IMG/VR virus record: IMGVR_UViG_3300020340_000010
Location: 1-26,978 of that record
DNA: 26,978 bases
Source of the DNA: a virus
Taxonomy: Duplodnaviria > Caudoviricetes
Reading direction: 5' to 3' (one strand)
Both the position numbers and the translations under genes were made by a program. The notes under the pieces are model-generated. The model made no database searches. It had not been told where the DNA came from and was given only the letters and a program-made list of their open reading frames with translations. Below are positions 11,601 to 22,300 of the stretch, one piece after another; within the stretch, counting starts at the first letter, position 1; every line of letters starts with the position of its first letter.

Positions 11601-14600
11601 CAATCTTTGAGAGATACTTTGAGGGTAATGATTCTGATGAAGTTGTCGTGGATGATAACACGATCAGACTACCAGATCACTTCTTTGTAACTGGTGAGCA
11701 ATTAACATATGTCCATGCTGGAGCTGCAAGTACTCAGGCAATTGGTATTGCATCAACTTCATTTGTTGGTATTGGTACAACCGATAAAGTTCCTGGAACT
11801 GTTTTCGCAGTCAAGGTTGATGACAATAAGATTAAACTTGCAGCTACCGCTGAGAAGGCACTGAAGGCTACACCTGAGGTGCTTGACTTTACAAGTGTTG
11901 GTATTGGCACATCTCATAGATTTGTATCAACCAATCAGAACTCTAAGGGTATTCTGGCACTTGATAATATTATTCAATCTCCCATTGTTTCTACTGCTCT
12001 CACAACACACCTGCATAGAACTGCAACATCAAGTGATGATAGAATCACAGTAAGCACTGGCATCAACTCAATCTTCGGTGGAGACCTTCTTAAGATTGAA
12101 AATGAAATTGTTAAGGTGTCTGGTGTTGGTATTGGATCTACAAACGCACTTTCAGTTCAGAGACAGTGGTTGGGGACTGCACTTGCAGGACACTCAACAG
12201 ATGCTCTCGTAACCAAGGTTGTTGGAAATTACAATATTGTTGATAACATCCTCAACTTTGTTGATCCTCCTGTTGGTCAAACTCCACTAGGAACCTCAAC
12301 AAACAGACCTGATGAAAGAGATTGGACTGGCATTGCCACAGGATCATCTTTCCAGGGGAGAATATTCCTTAGATCTGGTGTCCAGGATACATCAAATGAG
12401 ACTTATTATAGAAATAAGGTACTTGATGATATTTCCGATAATTTTAACGGAACTAATAGATTATTCACACTTACATCAGAGGCATCTAATGTTGGAGGAA
12501 TATCAACCGAAAATGCAGTTGTTTTGATTAATGATATCTTCCAGGGTCCTGGTGCAACAAGTGATTACACTATTGAAGAAAGTGGTGGCATAAGTTCTAT
12601 TAGATTTGCAGGAACTGCAACATCAGTTTCTTATGATGTCAATAGTTCTAATTTACCTGTTGGAGGAGTCATAGTATCGGTCGGTATGACTGACCAAGGT
12701 CTAGGGTTCCAACCTCTGATATCTGCTGGAGGAACAGCGACTGTCTCAGGTCTTGGCACCATTTCCGCTATTAGCATTGGTAACAGTGGATCTGGTTACA
12801 GAGCTGGCATCCAAACTGTTAATGTCGGTGTCGCTTTATCAAGCACCAGTGCTCCTAGTATAGAGTTTATCGGAACTGCAACAATTAGTAATGGTAATAT
12901 TGTAAGTGTTGCAATCACTAATCCAGGAACTGGATATACAACAACTAATGTCCCTTATGTAATTTTTGATGATCCACTTTCCTATTCTGGTATCGCGCTT
13001 ACATACAGTTCTGTCTCAAGCGGAATTGGTAGTGGAGCTACTATAGATGTTGTAGTTGGTCAGGGATCGAGCATTATTGATTTTGAGATTCGCAATACTG
13101 GATTTGGATATAAGTCTGGTGAGAAATTGACAGTTCCTATCGGAGGACTCACTGGTATTCCAACCACTTCCACATATAGAGAATCTCTGATTGATATTCA
13201 GAAGGTATTTACTGATGAGTTTACTGCCTGGTCACTCGGAACTCTGCAAGTGCTTGATAACCTTGATAATCTCTTTGACGGAAGCACCGTTGCATTCTCA
13301 CTCAGAGATTCTGGATCGCTTATCACGATTAGAGCAGCGAAAGGTTCTAATATTAATGTACAGGATGTTCTCCTTGTGTTTATTAATGATACACTCCAAG
13401 TTCCTGGTGAAGGATATACCTTTAACGGTGGTTCTACTATCACATTCACAGAAGCACCTAAGGTAGGGGATAAATCTAAGATTATCTTCTATAAAGGCAC
13501 TGGAGCAGTTGATGTTGTCTTCAGAGATATTATTCCTCCAGTTAAAATTGGAGACACATTACAGATTGAGTCAGACGTTGTTCATCTTAATGAAGATCCC
13601 AGAGTTGTTGACCAAATTGATTCTACTGATATTATCACAACTGACCCATATTATGGTCCAGGAAATACAGCAGATGAAAATCTTGTTAGACCTGTGATTC
13701 TTTGTAGACAAACTGAAGATAAGATTATTGATAATAAAGAAGTTGGCAAAGACAGAGAACTTTATGAACCTGGCATCAATCCAGGTGCGTATCTGATTAA
13801 ATCTGTTGGAATTGGATCTACAACAATCTATGTTGACAATATCAGACCCTTCTTTGATTCTAAAGTTGAGGACGCTACAAGTCTTACCTTCCAAAACAAA
13901 GTAACACTTGTTTCACAGGATACTAAGACAGGTGCAGCTGCAACAGCGATTGTATCTGGTCTTGGAACAATATCTTCTATATCAATATCCTCAGGTGGTG
14001 TTGGTTACTCTACCGCTCCTACAATTAGTATCGGCGGAACTGCACAATCTGTAGGACTTGGAACCACTGCAGTTGCAACAGCATCTATTACTGCTGGCGT
14101 TGTTACTTCCATCACTTTGTCAAACGCTGGCACTGGGTATACAACCGCAAAACCACCACAAGTTCTGATTGCACCACCAGCATCTAACGTAGAAACTAAT
14201 AGTGTTGGTTCATTCTCTGGTGATAGTGGAATCGTTGTTGGATTTGGAACTACTTCTTCTGGTTCTGACTTACAGATAGTTCTTGATCTTCATGTCCCAG
14301 CGGGGTCATTTATGAGAGATGCGTCTCTTGTTGGAACTGCTGTAACAATAAGTGGAATCGGAACAAATGATTATTTCATGGTTTATAACTCTAATGTTGG
14401 TCTTGCAACCACTTCCATCTCCTCTAAAGATGGTGGTGGAACAACAATAGCAATTGGTAAGAGTTACATTGATAACATTTATCAAGTCGCTTCAGTTTCT
14501 ACCGTTGAATCCACAATTACTGGAATAGGCACCACCCACATAAGAAGAATCCAGGCAACTGTTGTTGGACTTGGTACTACCACTGGAGGTATATACACCA

Positions 14601-14764
14601 CCTCAAATTACATGGGTAATTATAGTTGGGGTAGAGTTGACTTAACAGGTAGAGTCCAATCCTATACATATAACTTCTATGGTGACGATGGTGTAATTGG
14701 TATCACCACTTCAGGTCTTGTAAGAAGAACAAATCCACTTAAATTTAGAAATTACATCGTCTAA
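2648..14764 (+). CDS. gp7: Giant baseplate wedge initiator, gp7-like, multi-repeat mosaic protein
   Basis: Uninterrupted 4038-aa ORF between gp6 and gp8. Contains N-terminal FLEQYY and [26 protein letters not shown], plus [15 protein letters not shown]...[14 protein letters not shown], resembling cyanophage gp7. The gp7 name rests mostly on synteny and these motifs. Confidence 0.8.
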   Translation: MAEQRVLFSNVVKNQVPAYIREGFPLLVQFLEQYYVAQEYQGAPVDLIQNIDKYIKLNENTNLVDSVILGSDADYNDTTINVDLTKSPTGTIGFPDTYGILKINDEIITYTGKTSSSFTGCIRGFSGVTSYKNENKPEELVFSTSSVATHESGATIENLSILFLNEFLTKLKRQITPGLSNREFTPGLNQNLFIKQSKDFYLSKGTDRSFEILFKALYNEDVKIVKPRDFLFTPSNADFRVTNDLVVEAVTGDPTNLLDSVLNQNTYKDLFTRAYAPITSVEAVNVGTGNTFYKLSIDSGYSRDIGVDGALYGEFSVHPKTQVIGQVAAGATVFDVDSTVGFPTGGELYVNYFDNTTGVVSFTSKSLTQFFGCSNITKRIVDTSSVGINTYAYGFSFSNPNEQIQVRINSVLSNLTVDAGTKYLSKEDDIIIKSLGSKSTNYASKNWVYNVSPTYQVQSVELIDESDQTYSIKLSKEHYLRVGDIFGITGGDNAEKTGSIIDIQSPTEIRVRGQGRLILTDTYSLQRKISRAASNVFTSVVDINANVQNVYLKEGNSRGRSESMMVASPSIPFYNAQPIDTTDRTITFSGTFSGTEFAITTTDDHGFYTGDAVYYLPEISTESFISESGEVDERSVVKSSLFAEGLYFVKRVSSTTIQLAKSRTDIFNSTFVSVTSTEVTNNKIKPYDFRGRTLESQKLLREIKLPTEDGNLHPTEPGFTGVLVNGVEIKNYKSNDLINYGKLNEIEVVSPGSGYDVVTPPLLNISDSVGTGATGYVAVNGILEEIKIVDPGFDYETTPVITITGGNGSGAKAFANMRQSYHEVSFNSQAEGGEVTLSTSIIGLGTYHKFRNAERIVYNPDGQRAIGGITTNSSYFVSEVSSTSFTLHNTENDAISGINTISFTSFGLGKHKIRSYNQKLSIENITVTDSGDGYQNKRRTAASSGISTSINTITITNHNYESGEIVKYTAEDTAIGGLTSGTEYYVSKVDNNNFQLSEIGSGSVAKEFYYNTDQFINFTTTGSGIHSFNYQDISVSVTGKVGISSVGTETFEAEVQPVFRGEITSVHLSNQGVGYGSSEIINFVRNPLVSLVSGSEAQLYPVVNDGKIVDVVIANAGKNYNTPPEIGVDGDGIGAVLTSEINSSGEISSIKIVKSGADYTQSETTVSVTFPGSGVEFAPSIQNWRVNNFEKNFESFKNDDGFITIGANSDYGLQYSSLYAPRSLRKALTSVDQTGKVLYGNADLKIANNVETSSTDHSPIIGWSYDGYPIYGPYGYLTKSGGVVSQMKSGYKINLKSNRPPESIFPEGFFVEDYTHYDLSDETVLDENNGRFCITPEFPEGTYAYFATINTLTVDSSGPFLNFKRPAFPYLIGENYKAIPNKFNFDASSNQDRYDLNATDYLRNTDPYNLIDGDLNYTYLPLPNNLNQKVHITSSSPGTLGSIGISTGGDNYKVGEEIVFDNSLTQGDGAIARVERLKGRPINSVSVATSTIQNVEIVPSDTDGTYLVFTNNPHNFRNSDVLSISGLSTTSSKIEGSYTVGISSNILTLSGVGSTSSGLGTAGVTGIVTTFKVTGNIGYPAIRENDILGIGTEKVQVLNVDRKLSRIRVIRAVDGTVSAAHTVSTKIYEFPKKLTVNTGFNTDYDYRVNKQIYFDPSETVGLGTAEGVGIGSTIFFSNPGAGITQIFIQTKSLYIPQHNLRTGDVVTYSPGNGDGIISYAGAGAGTTLTDQQQLFVARISDDLIGLSTVKVGLGTTGVFVGIASTVKDSRTLFFSGIGTGVYHSLKTNHSVITGDISRNEVTVSLAATHGIQGRHVVFMDVNPSLTTSFSVSYNDFNRRVIIDPKSFTASGISSSTNTFTIVDHGFTNGQKVIHTATSPAEGLEDNKIYYVYEIDKDNFKLTDTHYETTRQKPSVVGITSASSGTISPINPPLKVYRDSTVEFNVSDSSLAYTKQASSYAAFALNFYRDKTFTQLYDKNDESSVFNVVRTGTVGITTDAKVTLTITKDTPNEIFYKLDPVYESDVPVEKSQIINDNEVNLNNQIDVEFSAYSGTFPIGSATTNSFTYTLPVTPEKSSYISSTSNLSYETDCTHTVGPISKVSIENVGKNYYSLPGISTVTSGIGTGAILTTESSNIGSVKKVRIEDIGFNFQVDKTVRPTTALPQIVKINSQTGFESVAITSVGKGYVKAPRLVVFDGKTNERLTDVDIRYKLGDNQVSILKNTFGINNTEPRILPIENSNGVGISTIVYNTSTEDVTVTMAVGFSTADSFPISVGDKVMVEGTSVGVGSTGKGFNSESYGYDLFVIKSVTENRGGIGSVSFNISGMVKSGEIVGDFDSANSIGRIIPEKFFPIFVSTLKPNQYNKGETVKSGTKSGVVQSWDPRVNLLSISSIDDFSTNDLIVGQSSNAHGVASSVTYFDSSLNTNTLSKVSKGWQTNSGYLNDNLQRVQDSFYYQNFSYSLRSRVDYDTWEDAVGSLNHTLGFRKFSDYQMESKLPSGSENALVVGVSTNLTSVDSVYQLETFIDLNCVNDFDLVKENSKSQTQIVSDQITFSSKVLTDFFESVGNRVLSIDNVASEFNSNPRPTAFSVANTFDLDDVRAQKYITYVKDRRFVGQRQLMIVDLVHDSSFGYMNQYGRVETTYDQGSFDFTISGGQGQLQFFPTKSAVNNYDITTLSYNLDDNLLGVGTTGIGPVLIDTKSVALNSGSTSNVVSIASTYSSIKLMVEITPDINRNEFAYDNINIVHDGTNVSVLQYGELTTDLGASAYIGYGTYHAYISGSSLNVDYIPASDVGVGTTGVINAMVIGVGNSDTTGIGTLDLNHARIEGRNTSIASSTAPVPNVIGSYANEYDVAHFIVQLTDITNNQYSLSELLVVDDYISDDGVGDTYDTEFGIIETNSGIGTIGTRVNGAAVGVAATVEVLYTPPANVQAQAKVFMVALRHADDDRSEVDFTNGTIDTSFSQYEGTDTDIKRAFELKHRGRPIFERYFEGNDSDEVVVDDNTIRLPDHFFVTGEQLTYVHAGAASTQAIGIASTSFVGIGTTDKVPGTVFAVKVDDNKIKLAATAEKALKATPEVLDFTSVGIGTSHRFVSTNQNSKGILALDNIIQSPIVSTALTTHLHRTATSSDDRITVSTGINSIFGGDLLKIENEIVKVSGVGIGSTNALSVQRQWLGTALAGHSTDALVTKVVGNYNIVDNILNFVDPPVGQTPLGTSTNRPDERDWTGIATGSSFQGRIFLRSGVQDTSNETYYRNKVLDDISDNFNGTNRLFTLTSEASNVGGISTENAVVLINDIFQGPGATSDYTIEESGGISSIRFAGTATSVSYDVNSSNLPVGGVIVSVGMTDQGLGFQPLISAGGTATVSGLGTISAISIGNSGSGYRAGIQTVNVGVALSSTSAPSIEFIGTATISNGNIVSVAITNPGTGYTTTNVPYVIFDDPLSYSGIALTYSSVSSGIGSGATIDVVVGQGSSIIDFEIRNTGFGYKSGEKLTVPIGGLTGIPTTSTYRESLIDIQKVFTDEFTAWSLGTLQVLDNLDNLFDGSTVAFSLRDSGSLITIRAAKGSNINVQDVLLVFINDTLQVPGEGYTFNGGSTITFTEAPKVGDKSKIIFYKGTGAVDVVFRDIIPPVKIGDTLQIESDVVHLNEDPRVVDQIDSTDIITTDPYYGPGNTADENLVRPVILCRQTEDKIIDNKEVGKDRELYEPGINPGAYLIKSVGIGSTTIYVDNIRPFFDSKVEDATSLTFQNKVTLVSQDTKTGAAATAIVSGLGTISSISISSGGVGYSTAPTISIGGTAQSVGLGTTAVATASITAGVVTSITLSNAGTGYTTAKPPQVLIAPPASNVETNSVGSFSGDSGIVVGFGTTSSGSDLQIVLDLHVPAGSFMRDASLVGTAVTISGIGTNDYFMVYNSNVGLATTSISSKDGGGTTIAIGKSYIDNIYQVASVSTVESTITGIGTTHIRRIQATVVGLGTTTGGIYTTSNYMGNYSWGRVDLTGRVQSYTYNFYGDDGVIGITTSGLVRRTNPLKFRNYIV

Positions 14765-14795
14765 ATAAATTTTGTGGTCACTGTCCCAATAAATA
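14761..14795 (+). promoter_or_regulatory. Tandem late-promoter motifs upstream of gp8 (CTAAATA 14761-14767; AATAAATA 14788-14795)
   Basis: The first motif contains the gp7 stop codon TAA (14762-14764). The second ends 19 nt before the gp8 ATG. Confidence 0.7.
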
Positions 14796-14814
14796 AGTAA
14801 AAAAACCAGTACAA

Positions 14815-16359
14815 ATGGCTGCTATTATAACTGATCAAATTAGAGTGCTTAACGCCAAGAATTTTGTTTCTGACGTTGGCATTAACACTTATTATTCTTT
14901 TATTGGTTTACCGAATCCAACAGATTATCAAACTGATTGGAATAATAATCCTCCTTCTCCAAAGGATAATTTTGATCAGGAGAATGACTATTGGGATACA
15001 ATGGTCGCTCTTAAAAAAGTCAATAGTGCTGACATAAGACAAGTTGTGCCAAAGAGACAATGGTCATCTGGTACAACGTATGATTACTATCGCCATGATT
15101 ATAGTAGATCAAACACGGCAAAAGTGTCTGGTGCTACTAATTTATATTCTGCATCATATTTTGTAATCAACGAAGATTACCAAGTCTATATTTGTTTACA
15201 GAATGGAACTGACCCAGACAACCCAAGCGGAAGACCTTCACTTGATGAACCAACTTTTACAGATCTTGAACCTAGAGCAGCAGGAACAAGTGGTGACGGA
15301 TATATTTGGAAATATTTGTTTAGAATCAAACCAAGCGAAATTGTAAAGTTTGAAACTACAGATTTTATTCCTGTTCCTGCTGACTGGTCAACATCAACAG
15401 ATAATGCAGCGGTTAGAGATAATGCCGTTGATGGTTCTATCAAAATCGTGGCAGTTACTGATCGTGGTGTTGGACTTGGCACTGCTAATAGAACATATTC
15501 TAATGTTCCTATCAAAGGCGATGGATCTGGTGCCACTTGTACGATTGTTGTCAATAATGATCAAAAAGTTGATACAGTCACTATATCCAATCAAGGCTCT
15601 GGTTACACCTATGCCAACGTTGATCTTGTAGCTGGTGGTGTTCCAACTGGAACTTCAAGACCTACACTTGATGTCATCATGACTCCTCAAGGGGGTCATG
15701 GCGCAGACATTTACAGAGAACTTGGTGCATATAATGTTCTTCTGTACTCTAGAATTGAGAATGATAACGAAAACCCAGATTTCGTTACCGGTAATCAAAT
15801 TGCAAGAATTGGTGTCGTACAAAACCCAGAGGCGAGTGCTGGAACTATCTTAAATTCTGATAAGGCAAGTGCAGTTAATGCCCTTAAACTAGTAGGTGCT
15901 GGTTATAGTTCTGCAACCTTCTCAGCAGACTCGTATGTTACGCAAACGATTGCAACCGGAAGCACAGCTGTTGGAAGAGTCGTAAATTATGACCAAACTA
16001 CTGGTGTTCTGAAGTATTGGCAAGATCGTTCTGTTGCTGGATTTAACACAGTTGGAACAGCACAAACCCAACCAACCTACGGGTTTGAATTGCAAGAATT
16101 TACAGCAACACCTGCAACTGGTGGTAGCATCACTATTGTTCCATCAACTGGATCAAACCTCGCTATTGACACCTCCTTTACGGGTGTGAGTACCGTAATA
16201 AATAATAGAACATATTACCTTGGTCAGTCATTTACCGATGGTGTTGCTGGTGCTGAGGTTAGAAAGCACTCAGGTAATATAGTTTACGTAGATAACAGAC
16301 CATCAATTACAAGGTCATCTAACCAAAAAGAAGATATTAAAGTCATTTTGCAGTTCTAA
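14815..16359 (+). CDS. gp8: Baseplate wedge subunit, T4 gp8-like
   Basis: 514 aa. MAAIITDQIRVLNAKNF, PPSPKD..W..M.ALKKV, WSSGTTYDYYRHDY, VYICLQNG, DGYIWKYLF and the C-terminal GNIVYVDNRPSITRSSNQKEDIKVILQF match gp8 of T4-like phages. Confidence 0.93.
   Translation: MAAIITDQIRVLNAKNFVSDVGINTYYSFIGLPNPTDYQTDWNNNPPSPKDNFDQENDYWDTMVALKKVNSADIRQVVPKRQWSSGTTYDYYRHDYSRSNTAKVSGATNLYSASYFVINEDYQVYICLQNGTDPDNPSGRPSLDEPTFTDLEPRAAGTSGDGYIWKYLFRIKPSEIVKFETTDFIPVPADWSTSTDNAAVRDNAVDGSIKIVAVTDRGVGLGTANRTYSNVPIKGDGSGATCTIVVNNDQKVDTVTISNQGSGYTYANVDLVAGGVPTGTSRPTLDVIMTPQGGHGADIYRELGAYNVLLYSRIENDNENPDFVTGNQIARIGVVQNPEASAGTILNSDKASAVNALKLVGAGYSSATFSADSYVTQTIATGSTAVGRVVNYDQTTGVLKYWQDRSVAGFNTVGTAQTQPTYGFELQEFTATPATGGSITIVPSTGSNLAIDTSFTGVSTVINNRTYYLGQSFTDGVAGAEVRKHSGNIVYVDNRPSITRSSNQKEDIKVILQF
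16197..16204 (+). promoter_or_regulatory. Candidate intragenic late promoter (AATAAATA) within the gp8 3' end
   Basis: Same octamer as the intergenic motif at 14788. It lies about 160 nt upstream of the 2496-aa gene, which has only a 6-nt intergenic gap. Confidence 0.4.
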
Positions 16360-16365
16360 CGGATT

Positions 16366-19300
16366 ATGCCACAGCAAACTAATCTCAACGTCGCACCATA
16401 TTTTGACGATTTTGATGCGAATAATGACTTTCATAAAGTTCTCTTTAAGCCTGGATATCCTGTTCAGGCAAGAGAACTAACAACGCTGCAATCGATATTA
16501 CAAAATCAGGTTGAAAAATTTGGTCAACACTTCTTTAAAGAGGGTGCAAAGGTAATACCGGGAAATACGTCATATTCTCAATTTTACAGATGCATACAAC
16601 TTGAAAACACCTTCCAGGGTGTGCCAGTCAGTGCGTATGCTGATCAACTAGTTGGAACAAAAATTACAGGTCTAACGTCAGGCGTTACTGCCTATGTTGA
16701 TAATGTTCTCAATCCAGAGGATTCTGAGAGAGGAACGCTTACACTTTATATCAATTATCTGGGATCAAGCACAACTAATAACGCTACTGAATTTTTCTCA
16801 GATGGAGAAAATCTTGCATGTGATCAAATCATTACATCTGGTTTACTGGGTAACACGACAATTGATGCTGGAGCACCTTTTGCATCCACAATTGCAACCG
16901 GTGCAGCTGAAACTGGTTCATCTTTTTCTATTCAAGAGGGTGTATATTTTGTAAGAGGTCAGTTTGTAAACGTTGCAACTGAAACTCTTATTCTTGATCA
17001 GTATAATAGCGCACCTTCATATAGAGTTGGTTTGCTTGTCTCTGAAGAAATCATTACTGCAGACCTTGATGAAACTCTCAACGATAACTCTCAGGGTTTC
17101 AATAACTATTCTGCACCAGGTGCGGATAGACTAAGAATTAGCGTAAGACTTTCAAAGAAACCAAACGTTGACTTCCAAGACGACAATTTTATAGAATTAG
17201 CACGGTTTACTGACGGTGTAATTAGATCTCAAACTAAGAGCACTGATTATTCACTCGACTTCATTGACATCCTCGCCAGGAGAACATTTGCAGAGTCTGG
17301 CAATTACACTGTAAGAGACTTTGATGTCTCTGTAGAAAACGCACTTGATGATGGTTTAGGAAGCAGAGGAATATTCTCAGCAGGACAATTTACTCCAAGC
17401 GGAACTCCTGTTACAGAAAACCAAGGAATTTATAAGATCTCGCCAGGCAAAGCCTTTGTAAAGGGTTATGAGATTGAAACGATTGGACCAACTTTTATTG
17501 ATTTTACTAAGACTAGAACTGTCAGAACAATAGAAGATGAGTCTATAATTTATAATACTGGACCAACCGTTAGAATCAATAATGTTTATGGTGCTCCCAA
17601 AGTTGGAATGGGAAACACTTTTACTGTCTCTCTGAGAGATACAAGAATTGGAAGTGCAGCGACAGTCGCTGCTGGTTCTGAAATTGGACTTGCCAGAGTT
17701 TATGATTTCTCACTTGAGTCAGGTAATTATAATTCATCTAATGGTAATATAAATGAGTGGGATATCTCATTGTTTGATGTCCAGACATTTACAACACTTA
17801 CTCTTAATGAGGCAACCACTCTAAACGTTCCCACTTTTGTTAAGGGAGAACAAACTGGTGCAACAGCATTTATTAGAAGTGCTGTGTCTAATAGTAAGTC
17901 AGTGACATTGTATGATGTTCAGGGAAAGTTTAATGACTTTGAGCCTCTGACATTTAATGGTGTTGCTAGCGGTTTCGTTGGAGTCGCTGTCACTGAGTTT
18001 GGTATTTCTGATGTAAAATCAGTTCACGGTGTTGTAGGGTCTGGTTATACCTTTAATGGAGATACAATTCAGTCACCAATATCTGTAGTTGGTGTTGCTA
18101 CAATTTCTGCTACATCGGGTGCTGCAGGTATTAGTACGGTCAGAAGCACCAATCCAAGGTTCCCAACTGGCATCAGAGAGAATAATCTTGTAAGATACTC
18201 TGATGTTAACAGAGGTGGAAATACAAATAATGATCCAGTATTTGCAAGAGTTGTATCAGTCGGTTCATCCCATCTTACCATTACTGGAGTTACCACAGTC
18301 ACTGGTGTTGCCATTGGCGGAACCGTTGCAACGCAGATTGAAGTACAAGACTTTACTGTTCTTGGAACAAATCTTGTAGCATCATCTGATAATACATTAT
18401 ATACTGCACTTCCGAAAGCTAATGTTTCTAATGTTGATTTAACATCAGCAAGTATCAATATTAGAAAGGAGTTCACTGTTAATATTGCAAGCAATACGTT
18501 GTCTTCAGTTGTAACTGGCGGCGATAATGAAACCTTCACAGCGTTTGATGAGGAAAGGTATGCTCTTATCAGAACAGATGGATCTACTGAAGTTCTGACT
18601 GCAGACAGACTGGTTTTCTCAAATGGTGGAAAGTCAATCAACTTCCTTAACTTGGGCGCTAATGATACTGGTGCAACATTGATTGCAACACTTAAAAAAG
18701 AAAAACCCAAGTCCAAAGTAAAGATCAAAAACAGAGTGAACTCTGTTATTGTTGACAAATCAAAACTGTCAGCTTCTGGTGCAGGATCCACTACTCTGAA
18801 TGATGGTCTCACATTTGGTTCATATCCATTTGGAACCAGAGTGCAGGACGAAATTATTTCACTGAATGTCCCGGATATTGTTGAGATTCATGGCATCTTT
18901 GAGTCTACAGACACTGCAGTTGCATCATGTCCTACTGCGGTTCTGAATACTCTTACAAGTTCATCTACAACTACCACAGAATTTGTTATCGGTGAGAAAA
19001 TTACTGGACAAACAACTGGTGCGATTGCAATTGTTGCTGAAAAAGTCTCAGACTCCAAGATATCATTTATCTACAAAAATGATATTTTGTTTAAAGAGGG
19101 TGAAACAATTGTAGCAGGTGAGTCTGATGTTGAGGGTGTAATTCAGACTTTGGACTCTCAAAGTTTTGATGTATCGCAAAACTTTGTTTTTGATGATGGA
19201 CAAGAAGGAACAATTTATAATATTGGATCACTTAAGAGAAAGGCAGGTGTCTCGGAACCCGCAAAACAAATCAAAGTTTATTTCTCTAACGGTTATTTTG

Positions 19301-22300
19301 AGTCCACAGATGATGGGGATATCACAACAGTATCTTCCTACGATCAGTTTGACTATGGAAAGGATCTCAACTTTGTCAATTTTGACAGAGTGTCTGATAT
19401 TATTGATATTCGTCCTAGAGCTTCTGAGTACACGGTTGCTGAGAGCACAAGGTCACCCCTTGAATTCTTAGGTAGATCATTTAATGCTGATGGAAACTCT
19501 GCAACGAGTCCTCTTGCCACGGATGAATCTATCTTGGTAACTTTCTCATATTACCTTGGTAGAATTGACAGAATCTTCCTCACAAAAGATGGTGCATTCC
19601 AAGTAAAATATGGTGAACCATCTGAGAGACCAGTAAGACCAGGACCTGTGGATGATGCAATTGAGATTGCAACCATCACTCTTCCTCCTTATCTTTACAG
19701 AACACAAGAGGCAGGATTATCGTTCTTAGAACAGAAAAGGTACAGAATGTCCGACATTCGTCGCCTTGAAAATAGAGTTAGAAATCTTGAGTATTATACT
19801 GCACTGTCACTCCTCGAAACAAATACTGCCAATTTGTTTGTACCAGATGCACAGGGACTTAACAGATTTAAGTCTGGTTTCTTTGTCGATAACTTTAATA
19901 CTTTCAGACCACAAGAAGAGAGTTTTGAGATCAAAAACAGCATTGACCTTGAAAATAAGGAACTGAGACCAAAACATTATACAACTTCTCTTGATTTGAT
20001 CTTTGGTCCAGTCATAAACCCAGATCCAACAGCAGATAAAAACTTTACACCGATTGAAGGAACAAATGTCAGAAGAAGTAGTGACATTGTTACACTTGAT
20101 TATGCTGAAGTAAACTACTTGGAGCAGAGTTTTGCTACAAGGGTTGAAAATGTAACTCCTTTCCTCATCAGTTTTTGGCAAGGATCAATGGAGTTAACTC
20201 CTGCGACTGATACTTGGGTTGATCAATCTAGACTTGAGGCAAAAATTATTAATACTGAAGGTGATTATTCTGAGACCTTCAACAATATGGTTAGAAATGG
20301 TCAGATTGACCGTGAGAGTGGATTTGGTCCTATTGTATGGAATTCTTGGAGAACTAACTGGACTGGAATTGAGATTCAGAATAGCACTAGAACAAGAGAA
20401 ACCAGTAGAAGTTGGTCCAGAGGATGGACGGCATTTAGAGAGAATCAAACTTTAAGAGATACTCTCAGACATACCGTCGAAACGGGTATTGAATCAAGAA
20501 CGGCTAACAGAACAGTTGTAACAGAGGTATTTGATCAAACCTCTGTTGGAGATAGAGTTATCAGTAGAGATCTCGTCGCATTTATGAGATCAAGGAATAT
20601 TACATTTAATGCTAAGAGAATGAAACCTCTTACTCAAATGTATGCATTCTTTGATGGAAAAGATGTTACCAAATTCTGTGTTCCAAAACTGCTTGAGATA
20701 CAGATGATATCTGGTACTTTTACTGTTGGAGAAACAGTAACGGGATCTGTAATTACTACAGGTCTTGGAGCAGACACATCTGATAACGCTGCAGGAATGG
20801 CTTTCAGAGTTGCTCAGTGTAATCATAGAGAGGGACCATACAATGCCCCTTCTCAAACATATGTTGACGATCCATACAACAATCAGGCATTACCATCAAC
20901 ATACTCATCAACTTCTACAGTTCTTAACGTTGATGTATTGTCAATGTCTGAAGAGACACCAGGTCAGTATGGCGGATACCTTGAGACAGGTGCAACATTG
21001 GTTGGATCTTCGAGTGGTGCTAGAGCAACTGTCACTAATGTAAGACTCGTCACTGATCTGGCAGCTAATTTAATTGGTAGTTTCTTCATTCCTACTTTAG
21101 ATAGTGTCAATCACCCTCGTTTTGAGACCGGTGATAAGACTTTGGTGTTGGTTAATGAAGAGGATAATGACCAAGATGCGGCAACTACAATTGCTGAAGA
21201 GAAGTTTACAGCGTCGGGCACACTAGAGACTGTACAAGAGAATATTATTTCTGTACGAAATGCTAGAGTTGAAAATCGTCAATCAGTCGAAAACAGGTCT
21301 GTTCAAAGAACTCTCCAAACAGAAGTAGTTAACACTGAAGTTGTTAGAACATCAAGATCGTCTTGGAGTTTCGGACCACCTCCTCCACCCCCACCACCAC
21401 GTAGATGGGGTGACCCACTTGCTCAGTCTTTCCAAGTGGAAGACGAAATGGGTGTCTTCATAACAAGATGCGATGTCTTCTTTAGGTCTAAAGATGACAT
21501 GGATATTCCAATTACCCTGCAAGTTAGATCTATGGAGGGTGGAGTTCCATCTCAGGTAATTCTTCCATTCTCGGAAGTATCTTTAGATCCATCTAGAGTC
21601 AACATATCTGCCGATGGATCAGTTGCAACAACATTCCAATTCGCTGCTCCAGTCTATCTGACTGGTAACAACTCCGATTATTGCGTTGTATTGATATCTA
21701 ACTCAACTAAGTATGAAGCTTACATTAGTAGAGTTGGTGAAAATGATCTGATCACACAATCATATATCTCACAACAACCATATCTTGGATCTCTGTTTAA
21801 GTCTCAAAATGCTTCAACTTGGGAACCAAGTCAGTGGGAAGACCTTAAGTTTACTCTTTACAGAGCAGACTTCCTTGATTCGGGTTCAGTTGAGTTCTAT
21901 AACCCTGAGTTGTCTGATGCCAATACAAGCGTCGCAACTCTACAACCCAACAGTCTGAACGTTGTCTCGAGACAACTTAGAGTTGGTCTTGGAACCACAG
22001 TTGGAGATAGTACATATGCACTTGGAAATACCTTCTCTCAACTTGGTACAAACGCTACTGGTGATCTCTTAGGAACTGCTGGTATTGCCACTGGTTCAAT
22101 GACTGTAATTAACGCAGGTCTTGGTTATACCCCTGCTAGTGGACAATTCCAATTCAACGGTGTTGATATGGTTACGGTCACTGGAAATGGTAGAGGTGCT
22201 AAGGCTGATATTACAATCCAAAATGGTGTAGCAATCGCGGCAACATTTGGAACTGGTGGATCTGGTTATCAAGTTGGTGATGTTCTTACAGTAAGCACTA

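Noticed and set aside
14765-14814. Intrinsic terminator or structured RNA in the gp7-gp8 gap
   Set aside because: No convincing GC-rich stem-loop followed by a U tract. The gap is explained by promoter motifs and an A-rich leader.
18069-18812. 247-aa antisense ORF inside the VrlC-like gene
   Set aside because: It is codon-aligned with the sense gene. Its Val/Thr/Pro/Ser-rich composition is what the reverse complement of biased sense codons produces. It has no recognisable motif or promoter, so it is most likely a shadow ORF.
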